From assembly GCA_002478265.1 (NCBI GenBank), contig DLNC01000010.1, forward strand, positions 7,986 to 71,985: DNA of 64,000 nucleotides. The letters run 5' to 3'. Position 1 is the stretch's first letter. Each line of letters starts with the position of its first letter. A program made the translations under genes and the position numbers. The DNA comes from Syntrophaceae bacterium UBA7520. GTDB lineage: Bacteria; Desulfobacterota; Syntrophia; Syntrophales; Smithellaceae. This document shows positions 51,200 through 59,299 of this stretch, one piece after another. The notes under the pieces are model-generated. The model ran no database searches. It was not told the origin of the DNA and saw only the letters and a list, made by a program, of their open reading frames with translations.

Positions 51200-51970
51200 T
51201 CACACAGCCTCCGTATTTTTTTGCGCAGCTGGGGTAATGTCTTTGAATACGTCCAGCGGGAATTCTTTGCTCATTACTTCATCAATCCACTTGCAGGCAT
51301 CAATTGGGCTCATTTTCCAGTTTGTCGGGCAGGGTGAAAGAATTTCCACAATGGAAAAACCCAGCGCATCTTTCTGGCACTGAAAGGCTTTGCGGATCGC
51401 TTTTTTTGTTTTATTAACCTGCGCGGGAGAAGTCAAGGTACAGCGCTGCGCGTAGGCAACGCCTGGCAGTTGCGAAAGTAGCTCGCAAACTTTAACCGGA
51501 TAGCCGTCGAGCGTTTTGTGCCTGCCGGCGGGAGTGGTGGTTGTTCGCTGCTCCAATATGGTCGTCGGCGCCATCTGCCCGCCCGTCATACCGTAAACCG
51601 CGTTGTTGATAAAGAAGACAGTGATGTTTTCGCCGCGGTTGGCGGCATGGAAACTTTCCGCGATGCCGATAGCGGCTAAATCCCCGTCACCTTGGTAGGA
51701 AAAGACAAAACGGTCGGGCAAGGTGCGTTTAAGACCCGTAGCCAGCGCAGGGCCTCTGCCGTGCTGGGCTTCAATCATATCCAGATCAAAGTAATTATAT
51801 GCCAGTACGGCGCAGCCTGCCGGCGGCACGCCGATGGTTATTCCCCTGATGCCCATTTCCTCGATCACTTCCGCGATCAGCCGGTGCGCGATGCTGTGTC
51901 CGCATCCGGGACAATAATGAAAAACATTTTCCTTGAGATATTTAGGGCGTTGAAAAATTACTTTGGCCAT
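51200..51970 (-). CDS. 2-oxoacid:ferredoxin oxidoreductase, beta (TPP-binding) subunit
   Basis: YCPGCGH, GDGD and FFINNAVYGMTGGQ motifs. Confidence 0.9.
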   Translation of the reverse strand: MAKVIFQRPKYLKENVFHYCPGCGHSIAHRLIAEVIEEMGIRGITIGVPPAGCAVLAYNYFDLDMIEAQHGRGPALATGLKRTLPDRFVFSYQGDGDLAAIGIAESFHAANRGENITVFFINNAVYGMTGGQMAPTTILEQRTTTTPAGRHKTLDGYPVKVCELLSQLPGVAYAQRCTLTSPAQVNKTKKAIRKAFQCQKDALGFSIVEILSPCPTNWKMSPIDACKWIDEVMSKEFPLDVFKDITPAAQKNTEAV

Positions 51971-51984
51971 TTTTATTTAAATTT

Positions 51985-53031
51985 TTAATCCTTTTTTTCG
52001 TAATAGCGTGCGATAACGTTGGCCAGTTCCGCCGGCGTGGGCACGGCGCCGCCGGGACGTCCATGAAAACCGATATCGGCATATCCCTGCAGCGACAGAC
52101 GTACATCCTCAAGCATCTGTCCGGTGCTCATTTCAAAGACAAGAAAGTCCTTGATTTTGCCGGAAAGCGAACGTAGCTGAGTCTCCGGAAAAGGCCACAG
52201 CGTGATCGGGCGGAAAAGGCCAGCTTTCACTTTGTTATGTTCGCGCAGCCGTTTGATCGCTCCTTTGGCGATGCGGGCAGCCGTTCCGTAAGCCACAACA
52301 ACCAGTTCAGCGTCGTCAGTTTGATAAGTTTCGTAACGGATTTCGCTTTTGGTTATAACCTCATATTTGCGGGCCAGTTTCCAGTTGTGTTCTTCCATAT
52401 CGATGGCATCCAGAATAAGGCCGCGGATAATTTTACTCTTGCCGTCACCCGCGCCGCGCAGCATGAAATTTTCGCTATATTGGCGCGGCTTTGGTTTCTT
52501 GAAGATAACCGGTTCCATCATCTGACCCATCATGCCGTCGGCGAGAATCATCACCGGTGTGCGGTATTTATCGGCCAGATCAAAGGCATCCATTGTCAAA
52601 TCCGCCAGTTCCTGACAGGTGGCGGGACCGAAAACAATGGTGCGGTAATCTCCGTGCCCGCCCCCGCGCGTGGCCTGAAAATAGTCGCCCTGCGCTGGGC
52701 GGATATTGCCGAGGCCGGGACCGCCGCGCATAATGTTAACAATAACACTGGGAAGTTCGCAGGCCGCGAGGGAAGAAATGCCCTCCTGTTTCAGCGAAAT
52801 ACCGGGACTGGAAGAAGAAGTCATAACCCTGGCGCCGGCGGCCGCCGCTCCGGTAATCATATGTATCGCGGCGACTTCACTTTCGGACTGAATAAAAACG
52901 CCGCCTTCGGCATTGCGCATGTGCTCGGCCATGTATTCGGTAAGCTCATTCTGCGGCGTAATCGGGTAACCGGCGTAAAAACGGCAGCCGGCACGAATCG
53001 CGGCCTCGCCGATTATATTATTGCCGGACAT
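51985..53031 (-). CDS. 2-oxoacid:ferredoxin oxidoreductase, alpha subunit
   Basis: Start set at MSGNNIIGEAAIRAGCRFYAGYPITP (ATG 53031, 7 nt after the delta stop). The track's longer ORF overlaps the delta gene. Confidence 0.9.
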   Translation of the reverse strand: MSGNNIIGEAAIRAGCRFYAGYPITPQNELTEYMAEHMRNAEGGVFIQSESEVAAIHMITGAAAAGARVMTSSSSPGISLKQEGISSLAACELPSVIVNIMRGGPGLGNIRPAQGDYFQATRGGGHGDYRTIVFGPATCQELADLTMDAFDLADKYRTPVMILADGMMGQMMEPVIFKKPKPRQYSENFMLRGAGDGKSKIIRGLILDAIDMEEHNWKLARKYEVITKSEIRYETYQTDDAELVVVAYGTAARIAKGAIKRLREHNKVKAGLFRPITLWPFPETQLRSLSGKIKDFLVFEMSTGQMLEDVRLSLQGYADIGFHGRPGGAVPTPAELANVIARYYEKKD

Positions 53032-53038
53032 TAAAAAT

Positions 53039-53248
53039 TTATTCACGGTAGACCTCGATGGCAATGTCCGGACACATCGTCGCGCAAAGAGCGCAGCCGT
53101 TACATTCCCTGTCTTCGCGGGTGCAGACCGGGCGATATCCCTGCGCGTTATATTCTCTTCCGGCGATGATGTGTCCTTTCGGGCAGGCAACAATGCACAA
53201 ATGGCATTCCTTGCAGAGCACCTTATTTATTTTGATAAATCCTTTCAA
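53039..53248 (-). CDS. 2-oxoacid:ferredoxin oxidoreductase, delta subunit (2x[4Fe-4S] ferredoxin)
   Basis: Two CxxCxxCxxxCP motifs in 69 aa. The delta-alpha-beta-gamma order matches Kor/Oor-type operons. Confidence 0.85.
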   Translation of the reverse strand: MKGFIKINKVLCKECHLCIVACPKGHIIAGREYNAQGYRPVCTREDRECNGCALCATMCPDIAIEVYRE

Positions 53249-53276
53249 AATCTGTTCCTAAAAATATATTTTTCCG

Positions 53277-53294
53277 GCGCAAGCTATCTTGCGC
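53277..53294. promoter_or_regulatory. Perfect 7-bp palindrome between ribD and the oxidoreductase operon
   Basis: GCGCAAG-CTAT-CTTGCGC about 30 nt upstream of the delta-subunit start. No adjacent U-tract, so it may be an operator or an RNA hairpin. Confidence 0.3.
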
Positions 53295-53359
53295 ATAATA
53301 GTCGGAATGTCAAGTATTTTGAATACAATATTCACGATTATTATCCGAAAATTCAATCC

Positions 53360-54445
53360 TTAATTCAGACGGCTGTCGATAATTATATCCTGTCCGCTTT
53401 TCCATATCTTTTTCACGGATAGTATTTTCGCCTTATTCAGTTGGCGAATATTCAGGTCGCCTACCGCCTGTGTTCCCGTGCCGATAATTTTGGGAGCAAT
53501 GACCACAACCAGGCGTTGCGCGAGATTTTCCTTGAGAGCCGAAGTGATGATGCGCGAGCCGCCCTCGATCATGATAGAAGAAATATTTCGCGCGGCCAGT
53601 TTTTTGAATAAATCTTTCAGATTAACCTGCCCTTGTTTGGTGGCGCGGCACGATAAAACGATAACTCCGGTGGCGGAAATTTTTTTAAAAGCGGTATCTG
53701 TTGGTTTTTTTGTTGTAGCGATTAATGTTTTTACTTTACTCGGATTTTGCAGAACTTTCGCTTTGAGAGAAATTTTTAATTTAGAATCAACCACAACACG
53801 CAGAGGATTACGACCGCGTACACGCCGGACCGTGAGCTCGGGGTCGTCTTTAATCACTGTATTGATTCCGACTAATATCGCGTCATGCTCAGCGCGCAGT
53901 TTATGCACGTAATTTAAAGATTCAGTGCAACTGATCCATTGAGATTTGCCAGATGATGTGGCAATGCGTCCGTCGAGCGTCTGCGCGTATTTTAAAGTCA
54001 CAAACGGGAGTCCCGTTTCCATGTAGTGGAAGAAGATTTCATTAAGTTCGCGGCATTCTTTTTCCAGCACGCCGCTTTTTACCTCGATGGCGTTTGCTCT
54101 AAGAAAATCTATGCCCCGGCAGGATACCAGCGGATTGGTATCTATGGCGCCGACCACAACACGGCTGATTTTATTTTGCAGTATAAAATCAGTACAGGGA
54201 GGCGTTTGTCCGTGGTGACAACATGGCTCCAGCGTCACATAAAGAGTTGCGCCTCTGGCTTCAGGCCCGGCTTTTTTTAAAGCGTTAACTTCCGCATGCG
54301 CCGAACCGCAACGCCGATGATAACCTTCGCCCACAATGCGGCCGTCTTTTACCACCAACGCGCCTACCATCGGATTGGGGCTGACATAGCCCTTTCCCTT
54401 GCGGGCGAGTTGCAATGCCCGGCGCATGTAATCTTCGTCATTCAT
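53360..54445 (-). CDS. ribD: Bifunctional diaminohydroxyphosphoribosylaminopyrimidine deaminase / 5-amino-6-(5-phosphoribosylamino)uracil reductase
   Basis: Deaminase zinc motifs HAEVNA and PCCHHGQTPPC, plus a C-terminal reductase domain. Confidence 0.95.
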   Translation of the reverse strand: MNDEDYMRRALQLARKGKGYVSPNPMVGALVVKDGRIVGEGYHRRCGSAHAEVNALKKAGPEARGATLYVTLEPCCHHGQTPPCTDFILQNKISRVVVGAIDTNPLVSCRGIDFLRANAIEVKSGVLEKECRELNEIFFHYMETGLPFVTLKYAQTLDGRIATSSGKSQWISCTESLNYVHKLRAEHDAILVGINTVIKDDPELTVRRVRGRNPLRVVVDSKLKISLKAKVLQNPSKVKTLIATTKKPTDTAFKKISATGVIVLSCRATKQGQVNLKDLFKKLAARNISSIMIEGGSRIITSALKENLAQRLVVVIAPKIIGTGTQAVGDLNIRQLNKAKILSVKKIWKSGQDIIIDSRLN

Positions 54446-54565
54446 GAGAAATAATTACCTTATTAGCCAAGCAGCTGTAAAGAATTTTGTTGTTTATGCA
54501 GATCAGGATATGTTATGCAAAAAAAAGATTTATTAATAAAATGAGTGAAAAATTAAGGAGATAAC

Positions 54566-55294
54566 ATGAAGGGCGTAGTTTTAGCCGGAGGGTTGGGCAG
54601 CCGGCTTTTTCCCCTGACGAAAGTAACTAACAAACATTTGCTTCCCGTATACAATGAGCCGATGATCTATTATCCTATTCGCACGCTGGTAAACGCGGGA
54701 ATCAATGAAATTTTGATTGTTACGGGAGGCAATAACGCCGGAGATTTTTTACGCCTTCTGGAAAACGGCAAGGATTTCGGATTGAAGCACATCAACTACA
54801 CCTATCAGCAGGGCGAAGGAGGCATTGCCGCGGCGCTTGGTCTGGCGGAGCATTTTGCTGATAGGGATAAAATTGTCGTTGTTCTAGGAGACAACATTAT
54901 CGAAAAGAATATTAAGGTGGCGGCGGATAAATTCCGCGCGCAAAAAGAAGGTGCGCGCATTTTGCTCAAGGAAGTGATGGATCCGCAACGATTCGGCGTG
55001 CCCGTTTTTGACGGAAAAAAAATTGTTCGCATTGAAGAAAAGCCCAAGCAGCCGGCGTCAAATTACGCGGTCATTGGTATCTACATGTATGACTATCGTG
55101 TTTTTGAATTTATCAAATCACTAAAGCCATCACAGCGCGGCGAGCTGGAAATCACGGACGTCAACAATTTTTACATTAATGAAGGAAAAATGGAATGGGA
55201 CGTTCTGGACGGCTGGTGGTCGGACGCCGGTACTTTTGAATCACTGCAGGCGGCCGGACAAATGGTGGCGCAGACAGGAGCGAATAAATTATGA
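54566..55294 (+). CDS. Sugar-phosphate nucleotidyltransferase (short-form glucose-1-phosphate thymidylyltransferase-like)
   Basis: GVVLAGGLGSRLFPLT signature. 242 aa. Confidence 0.8.
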   Translation: MKGVVLAGGLGSRLFPLTKVTNKHLLPVYNEPMIYYPIRTLVNAGINEILIVTGGNNAGDFLRLLENGKDFGLKHINYTYQQGEGGIAAALGLAEHFADRDKIVVVLGDNIIEKNIKVAADKFRAQKEGARILLKEVMDPQRFGVPVFDGKKIVRIEEKPKQPASNYAVIGIYMYDYRVFEFIKSLKPSQRGELEITDVNNFYINEGKMEWDVLDGWWSDAGTFESLQAAGQMVAQTGANKL

Positions 55295-55746
55295 TTGACG
55301 GCGTGATTGTTAAAAAGCTTAGAGTAATTCCAGATGAGCGAGGCCGGCTGATGGAAATATTCCGGTCGGACGATGAATTTTTTCAGAAATTCGGTCAAGT
55401 TTATCTGACTACAGCTTATCCCGGCGTGGTCAAAGGCTGGCATTACCACAAAAAACAGGCTGACAATATGGCCGTGGTTCAGGGAATGATGAAAATAGTT
55501 TTATACGACAGCCGTAAAGATTCAACGACACACGGCCAGATAAATGAGATTTTTGCCGGTGTCCATAATCCTGTTTTAGTGCACATTCCGCCGCTGGTCT
55601 ATCATGGCTTTAAATGCATATCAAAAGAGGAAGCGCTGGTTATCAACACGCCCACGGAAGCATATAATTACGACGCGCCTGATGAATACCGCCTGCCGGC
55701 GCACGGCAGTGAAATTCCCTATGATTGGTCAAGAAAAGACAGCTGA
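55291..55746 (+). CDS. dTDP-4-dehydrorhamnose 3,5-epimerase-like cupin
   Basis: DERGRLMEIF and KGWHYH motifs. 151 aa. Overlaps the upstream gene by 4 nt. Confidence 0.7.
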   Translation: MIDGVIVKKLRVIPDERGRLMEIFRSDDEFFQKFGQVYLTTAYPGVVKGWHYHKKQADNMAVVQGMMKIVLYDSRKDSTTHGQINEIFAGVHNPVLVHIPPLVYHGFKCISKEEALVINTPTEAYNYDAPDEYRLPAHGSEIPYDWSRKDS

Positions 55747-55776
55747 AATCAGATAGTTATCGCGACAATAATATTC

Positions 55777-55804
55777 TTGACTTTAGGGGAAAAAAGAGTA
55801 AAAT
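55777..55804 (+). promoter_or_regulatory. Sigma70-type promoter driving the riboswitch-pilD transcript
   Basis: TTGACT (55777-55782), 16-nt spacer, TAAAAT (55799-55804). Confidence 0.6.
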
Positions 55805-55810
55805 TTTAAA

Positions 55811-55914
55811 CATCGAAAAGATGAGCAAACCGTTTGAAAAAACGGGGCGCAAAGTTACTGGCCTAAGTCTTGGGAAATGGGGGATAGGGCGGCAGAACTG
55901 CCGATAGTCACATC
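55811..55914 (+). promoter_or_regulatory. GEMM-I cyclic-dinucleotide riboswitch aptamer (A at the Vc2-G20-equivalent position, so GEMM-Ib-like)
   Basis: Blocks A-GCAAACC, hairpin CCGUUU-GAAA-AAACGG (55830-55845), GGCGCAAAG (55846-55854), CCUAAG receptor half (55862-55867), AUAGG and GCGG...CCGAU. Same order and spacing as the V. cholerae Vc2 aptamer as I remember it. Confidence 0.7.
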
Positions 55915-55966
55915 AGGTTTTCATTGAATCTCATCTGTCACCCTAAAAGATAATAACGGAAAAAAA

Positions 55967-56731
55967 ATGATGATTTGTAATTTTTTTGCCTTTATTTTTG
56001 GCGCGGTTGTGGGAAGTTTTCTCAACGTATGCATCTATCGCCTGCCGGATAAAACATCTATCATCAAACCGTTATCGCGTTGTCCACACTGTGAAAAGCC
56101 TATTCGTTTCTATGATAATATTCCGATTATCAGTTTTTTTATTTTAAAAGGCAAATGCCGTGATTGCGGCGGAAAAATTTCCTGGCGCTATCCGTTGGTG
56201 GAATTGCTCACGGGAATATTAGCTTTATTGCTTTTCTTGAAATTTGGCTTGAGTTTAAAATTTCTGGCCGCCTTTGTTTTCGCGGCGGCTCTGGTTGTTA
56301 TAACCTTTATTGACCTTGATCATAAGATTATTCCTGACATTATCACTTTGCCCGGGATTCCGATATTTCTTTTGGCGGGTATCTTTATCATGAAGGTTCC
56401 CTGGCCGGAAGCGCTTATCGGAGTTTTGGTGGGCGGCGGTGTGTTGTTTGCCATTGCCTTTGTATATGAAGCGCTTACCAAGCGAGAAGGAATGGGAGGA
56501 GGAGATATCAAGCTTTTGGGGATGATTGGCGGATTTTTCGGCTGGAAAGCGCTTATATTTATTTTACTGGCTAGTTCTTTGACCGGAGCGCTGATAGGAA
56601 TCGCTGCCATGATTATAAAAAAACAGGATATGAAATACGCCTTGCCTTTTGGCCCTTTTTTGGCCGCGGCGGCGATTGCTTATTTCTTCTGGGGAGACGC
56701 CTTCATGCGGTTTGTTTTTATGAGTTATTAG
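55967..56731 (+). CDS. pilD: Prepilin peptidase / N-methyltransferase (A24 family)
   Basis: N-terminal CPHC...CRDCG zinc motif, 8 TM helices and catalytic Asp regions (IDLDHKIIPD; GGGDIKLLGMIG). Confidence 0.9.
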   Translation: MMICNFFAFIFGAVVGSFLNVCIYRLPDKTSIIKPLSRCPHCEKPIRFYDNIPIISFFILKGKCRDCGGKISWRYPLVELLTGILALLLFLKFGLSLKFLAAFVFAAALVVITFIDLDHKIIPDIITLPGIPIFLLAGIFIMKVPWPEALIGVLVGGGVLFAIAFVYEALTKREGMGGGDIKLLGMIGGFFGWKALIFILLASSLTGALIGIAAMIIKKQDMKYALPFGPFLAAAAIAYFFWGDAFMRFVFMSY

Positions 56732-56873
56732 ATGTGAAAATAACTGATTAGCTATGGATTTTAGGCGAAAAAGACAAAAGAGAGAAAAGAATAAGTAATT
56801 GACAGGATTTTTTTTAAGGCGTAATTTATCGGTAAATAAAAGTTTTTTAGAAATTTAGTATAAGTCAGATTAT

Positions 56874-56889
56874 TGGCATATAAGTTGCT
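56874..56889 (+). promoter_or_regulatory. Sigma54 (-24/-12) promoter upstream of the minor pilin operon
   Basis: TGGCAT-ATAAG-TTGCT has correct GG/GC spacing to the consensus TGGCAC-N5-TTGCW. It lies about 30 nt upstream of the first pilin-like start. A possible sigma70 promoter (TTGACA 56799, TAATTT 56822) lies further upstream. Confidence 0.55.
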
Positions 56890-56919
56890 GATATTAAAAA
56901 CTAATTGACGGTGGAAGCT

Positions 56920-57396
56920 GTGAGAATCACCAAAAACAAAGGAATGACTTTAATCGAACTGATTATGGTGGTGGCCATTCTTGGTATTGTTTTGGCCATT
57001 GCTTCGCCGAATTTTATGCGCTATCGGCAGAACACAAATTTGCGAGAGACAGCGGAAGATTTCACGGCCCAAATTGCTCTTTACAGGCATAGAGCTATGG
57101 CAGAAGACATTAGATACAGGATTGCAATTAATCTGGCCGCTGGTGAATATTCGGTAGAAAGAAATCCATTGCCGGAAAACCCTGATGTATATGTTCCGCT
57201 GGTTCCTGCCGTGACAAAGAGATTCAACGAGTACAGTCCACAAATTACGCTTGTTTCCGCGCCGGTAAGTTTTGTCATGCAACCGAGAGGAACGCTCACT
57301 GCGGGGACGCTTACATTACAGCACAGCGGAACGCAGAGAAGAGCAATAATTATCACACATTTATCCGGAAGAGTGAATTTGCGATATGAAGATTAA
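56920..57396 (+). CDS. Type IV minor pilin / pseudopilin, GspH/FimT-like
   Basis: Prepilin leader MRITKNKG followed by MTLIELIMVVAILGIV (cleavage/methylation motif with E5). The alternative upstream TTG at 56905 is in frame. Confidence 0.7.
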   Translation: MRITKNKGMTLIELIMVVAILGIVLAIASPNFMRYRQNTNLRETAEDFTAQIALYRHRAMAEDIRYRIAINLAAGEYSVERNPLPENPDVYVPLVPAVTKRFNEYSPQITLVSAPVSFVMQPRGTLTAGTLTLQHSGTQRRAIIITHLSGRVNLRYED

Positions 57397-57802
57397 CAAT
57401 GAAAAAGGCATCACCATTGTCGAAGCGCTGATTGCTTTTTTCCTCACATTCGTTGCTATCGCCTGGCTGATGCCGATGCAGAGCACTTCTTTAAACACCG
57501 GCTTCCGGGCCGATTATCTTGGGCGCGCAACCTATATTATGCAGACGGAATTGGAAACGAGAGAATATATGATAATGAATCCTAATATACCCGTTGCGGT
57601 GGGCACTTTCCCACAAGTAATTACCGCAAGCGGTACAATGGGAGGACCGGAAGGCGACGCGGTGTTTGATGTTGTCACAACAATAACGCCTGTTGCCGGC
57701 ACGACAAATTCCTGGCTGGTGAATGTCCGTGTCAGATGGGCGCGCGGACCGGCAAACGGCATCACCAGCTCGATTATCGCCACACGGCATTTCAATTTTT
57801 GA
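57386..57802 (+). CDS. Type IV minor pilin, PilV-like
   Basis: Leader MKINNEKG followed by ITIVEALIAFF. 138 aa. Overlaps the upstream gene by 11 nt. Confidence 0.65.
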   Translation: MKINNEKGITIVEALIAFFLTFVAIAWLMPMQSTSLNTGFRADYLGRATYIMQTELETREYMIMNPNIPVAVGTFPQVITASGTMGGPEGDAVFDVVTTITPVAGTTNSWLVNVRVRWARGPANGITSSIIATRHFNF

Positions 57803-57807
57803 TTTTT

Positions 57808-58611
57808 ATGCGTAAAATTTTAAAAAAGAAAAAAAATGGTTTTACATTAGTTGAGCTGCTGATTGCAATTCTGGTGGGCGGGCTGGTCATGCTTGCGGTT
57901 TACATGGCCATGGTCATGTCCCAGCGCACGTCGGCTGGCGTGGGCAGAAAAGTTATCACGCAGCAGGACACGCGCGCGGTGCTGGATATCATGGCCTCAG
58001 AAATAGCGATGGCTTCATTCAATCCGCTGGTGCAGCCGACAACATGGACAGGCGATAGTATAGTGAATTTGAACAATTGTGGCATTCCGGTTGTCGTGGC
58101 CAATCCCTTAAATAAGGGCATTTTCATTGCTGATGCCAACAATATGTATATTGCCATGGATTTAAACGCAGATGGCGTTATCGGTTGCGCTTGCGCCAAT
58201 CCTGCTGACTGCTCTAATGATGTACCCTGCGCCGGACAAAATGAATTTATATTGTACTCATATAATCCAGCGATCAGGGCAATCACACGCCGCGTTTCTT
58301 GCGGTCAACCTGTATCTATATTAGGTAATACTGCGCTAGGTAGTAATGTTATAAATCAAGATGCGGGAATTCCCCTGTTTCAATATTTTGACCGCTTTGG
58401 GCAGCCCTTGCCTTTGCCGATAAATATACCGGCAGTAAGGCGCGTTAAGGTAACCATTGTGGCGGAAACCGCGGATATTGACCTTAATACAAGACAACGT
58501 AAAAGAATGATTTATTCCACGGATGTTATAGTGAGAAACCATGCAGCTTTTTCGCCGAATACTGGAGCAGGGGGAGCAGGGGGAGGAGGTGTAGTTGTTG
58601 TTGGACCATAG
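57808..58611 (+). CDS. Type IV minor pilin, PilW-like
   Basis: Start set at ATG 57808. Leader MRKILKKKKNG followed by FTLVELLIAILVGG. Gly-rich C-terminal tail. Confidence 0.65.
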   Translation: MRKILKKKKNGFTLVELLIAILVGGLVMLAVYMAMVMSQRTSAGVGRKVITQQDTRAVLDIMASEIAMASFNPLVQPTTWTGDSIVNLNNCGIPVVVANPLNKGIFIADANNMYIAMDLNADGVIGCACANPADCSNDVPCAGQNEFILYSYNPAIRAITRRVSCGQPVSILGNTALGSNVINQDAGIPLFQYFDRFGQPLPLPINIPAVRRVKVTIVAETADIDLNTRQRKRMIYSTDVIVRNHAAFSPNTGAGGAGGGGVVVVGP

Positions 58612-59068
58612 CAAAAAGAAACTTGCGTCACAGGACGGCTTTGTTCTCGTCGCGGCGATTATGGCGCTGATGATTTTTATCGCGGTCGGCTTTTATGCTT
58701 TGACGGTCACCACGCAGGATCTGCGCGTCAGCGCCAGGCTCGTCGGCGAAAGAAAAGCTTTTTCCGCGGCCGAAGCCGGAGTTAGTGTGATAAGCAGAAC
58801 ATTGAATCCCACATCTCCATCTACGCCTATAATAGGGCAAAAAGTAGACCCGGTGAATGACCCTAAGGCGGAATTTGACGCGACTGCTTTAGTGCAAGAC
58901 ACAAACATTCCAGATATGTGGTTTCCCGGCTTCAGCCCCTCGCAACGTTCCGCTGTATTTCGCTCAACCGTTACCGGCAGGGATACCGCCTATGGTTCGC
59001 GCGTGAGACTTTCCGTGGGCATTGCCAGCGCGCCTGTCTCCACAGGAACAGAGCAGGGGCCGTTTTAA
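58595..59068 (+). CDS. PilX-like pilus assembly protein (PilX N-terminal domain)
   Basis: TTG start 5 nt after GGGAGGAGG. DG/FVLVAAIMALMIFIAVGF hydrophobic N-terminus without E5, as in PilX-type proteins. Confidence 0.55.
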   Translation: MLLDHSKKKLASQDGFVLVAAIMALMIFIAVGFYALTVTTQDLRVSARLVGERKAFSAAEAGVSVISRTLNPTSPSTPIIGQKVDPVNDPKAEFDATALVQDTNIPDMWFPGFSPSQRSAVFRSTVTGRDTAYGSRVRLSVGIASAPVSTGTEQGPF

Positions 59069-59121
59069 TTTTAAAAGGTAAGTGGCTAAGATTGTGTTTA
59101 ATTGTCTAGGGGGTATTTGTT

Positions 59122-59274
59122 ATGTTGAAAAAAAAGAAATTTATGGTTTTTGTCGCGATCATCACCATCTTAATATTTTTATGTTTGCCGGTTTTCGGCG
59201 CGACGAAAGACGAGAATAAGCCGCCGGAAGATGATGAGCAGGTTCCCACCGTCACCGGCACAATAAACTACTGA
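59122..59274 (+). CDS. 50-aa secreted peptide ORF, paralogous to the pilY1 5' end (could be a gene remnant)
   Basis: Not in the ORF track because it is under 60 aa. AGGGGG-N8-ATG like pilY1, a signal peptide, then KPPEDDEQ versus pilY1 LPPDNDEQ. Nucleotide-level similarity to 59300..59420. Confidence 0.35.
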   Translation: MLKKKKFMVFVAIITILIFLCLPVFGATKDENKPPEDDEQVPTVTGTINY

Positions 59275-59299
59275 TGTTTTATTCAGGGGGAGATAAATT

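Noticed and set aside
54446-54565. FMN (RFN) riboswitch upstream of ribD
   Set aside because: The divergent intergenic region is only 120 nt and AT-rich, and it lacks the conserved GC-rich RFN core.
55725-55907. 60-aa ORF between the rfbC-like gene and pilD
   Set aside because: It overlaps the end of the rfbC-like gene and the region that reads as a promoter plus GEMM-I aptamer. It has no RBS, so the RNA element explains the conservation-like features better.
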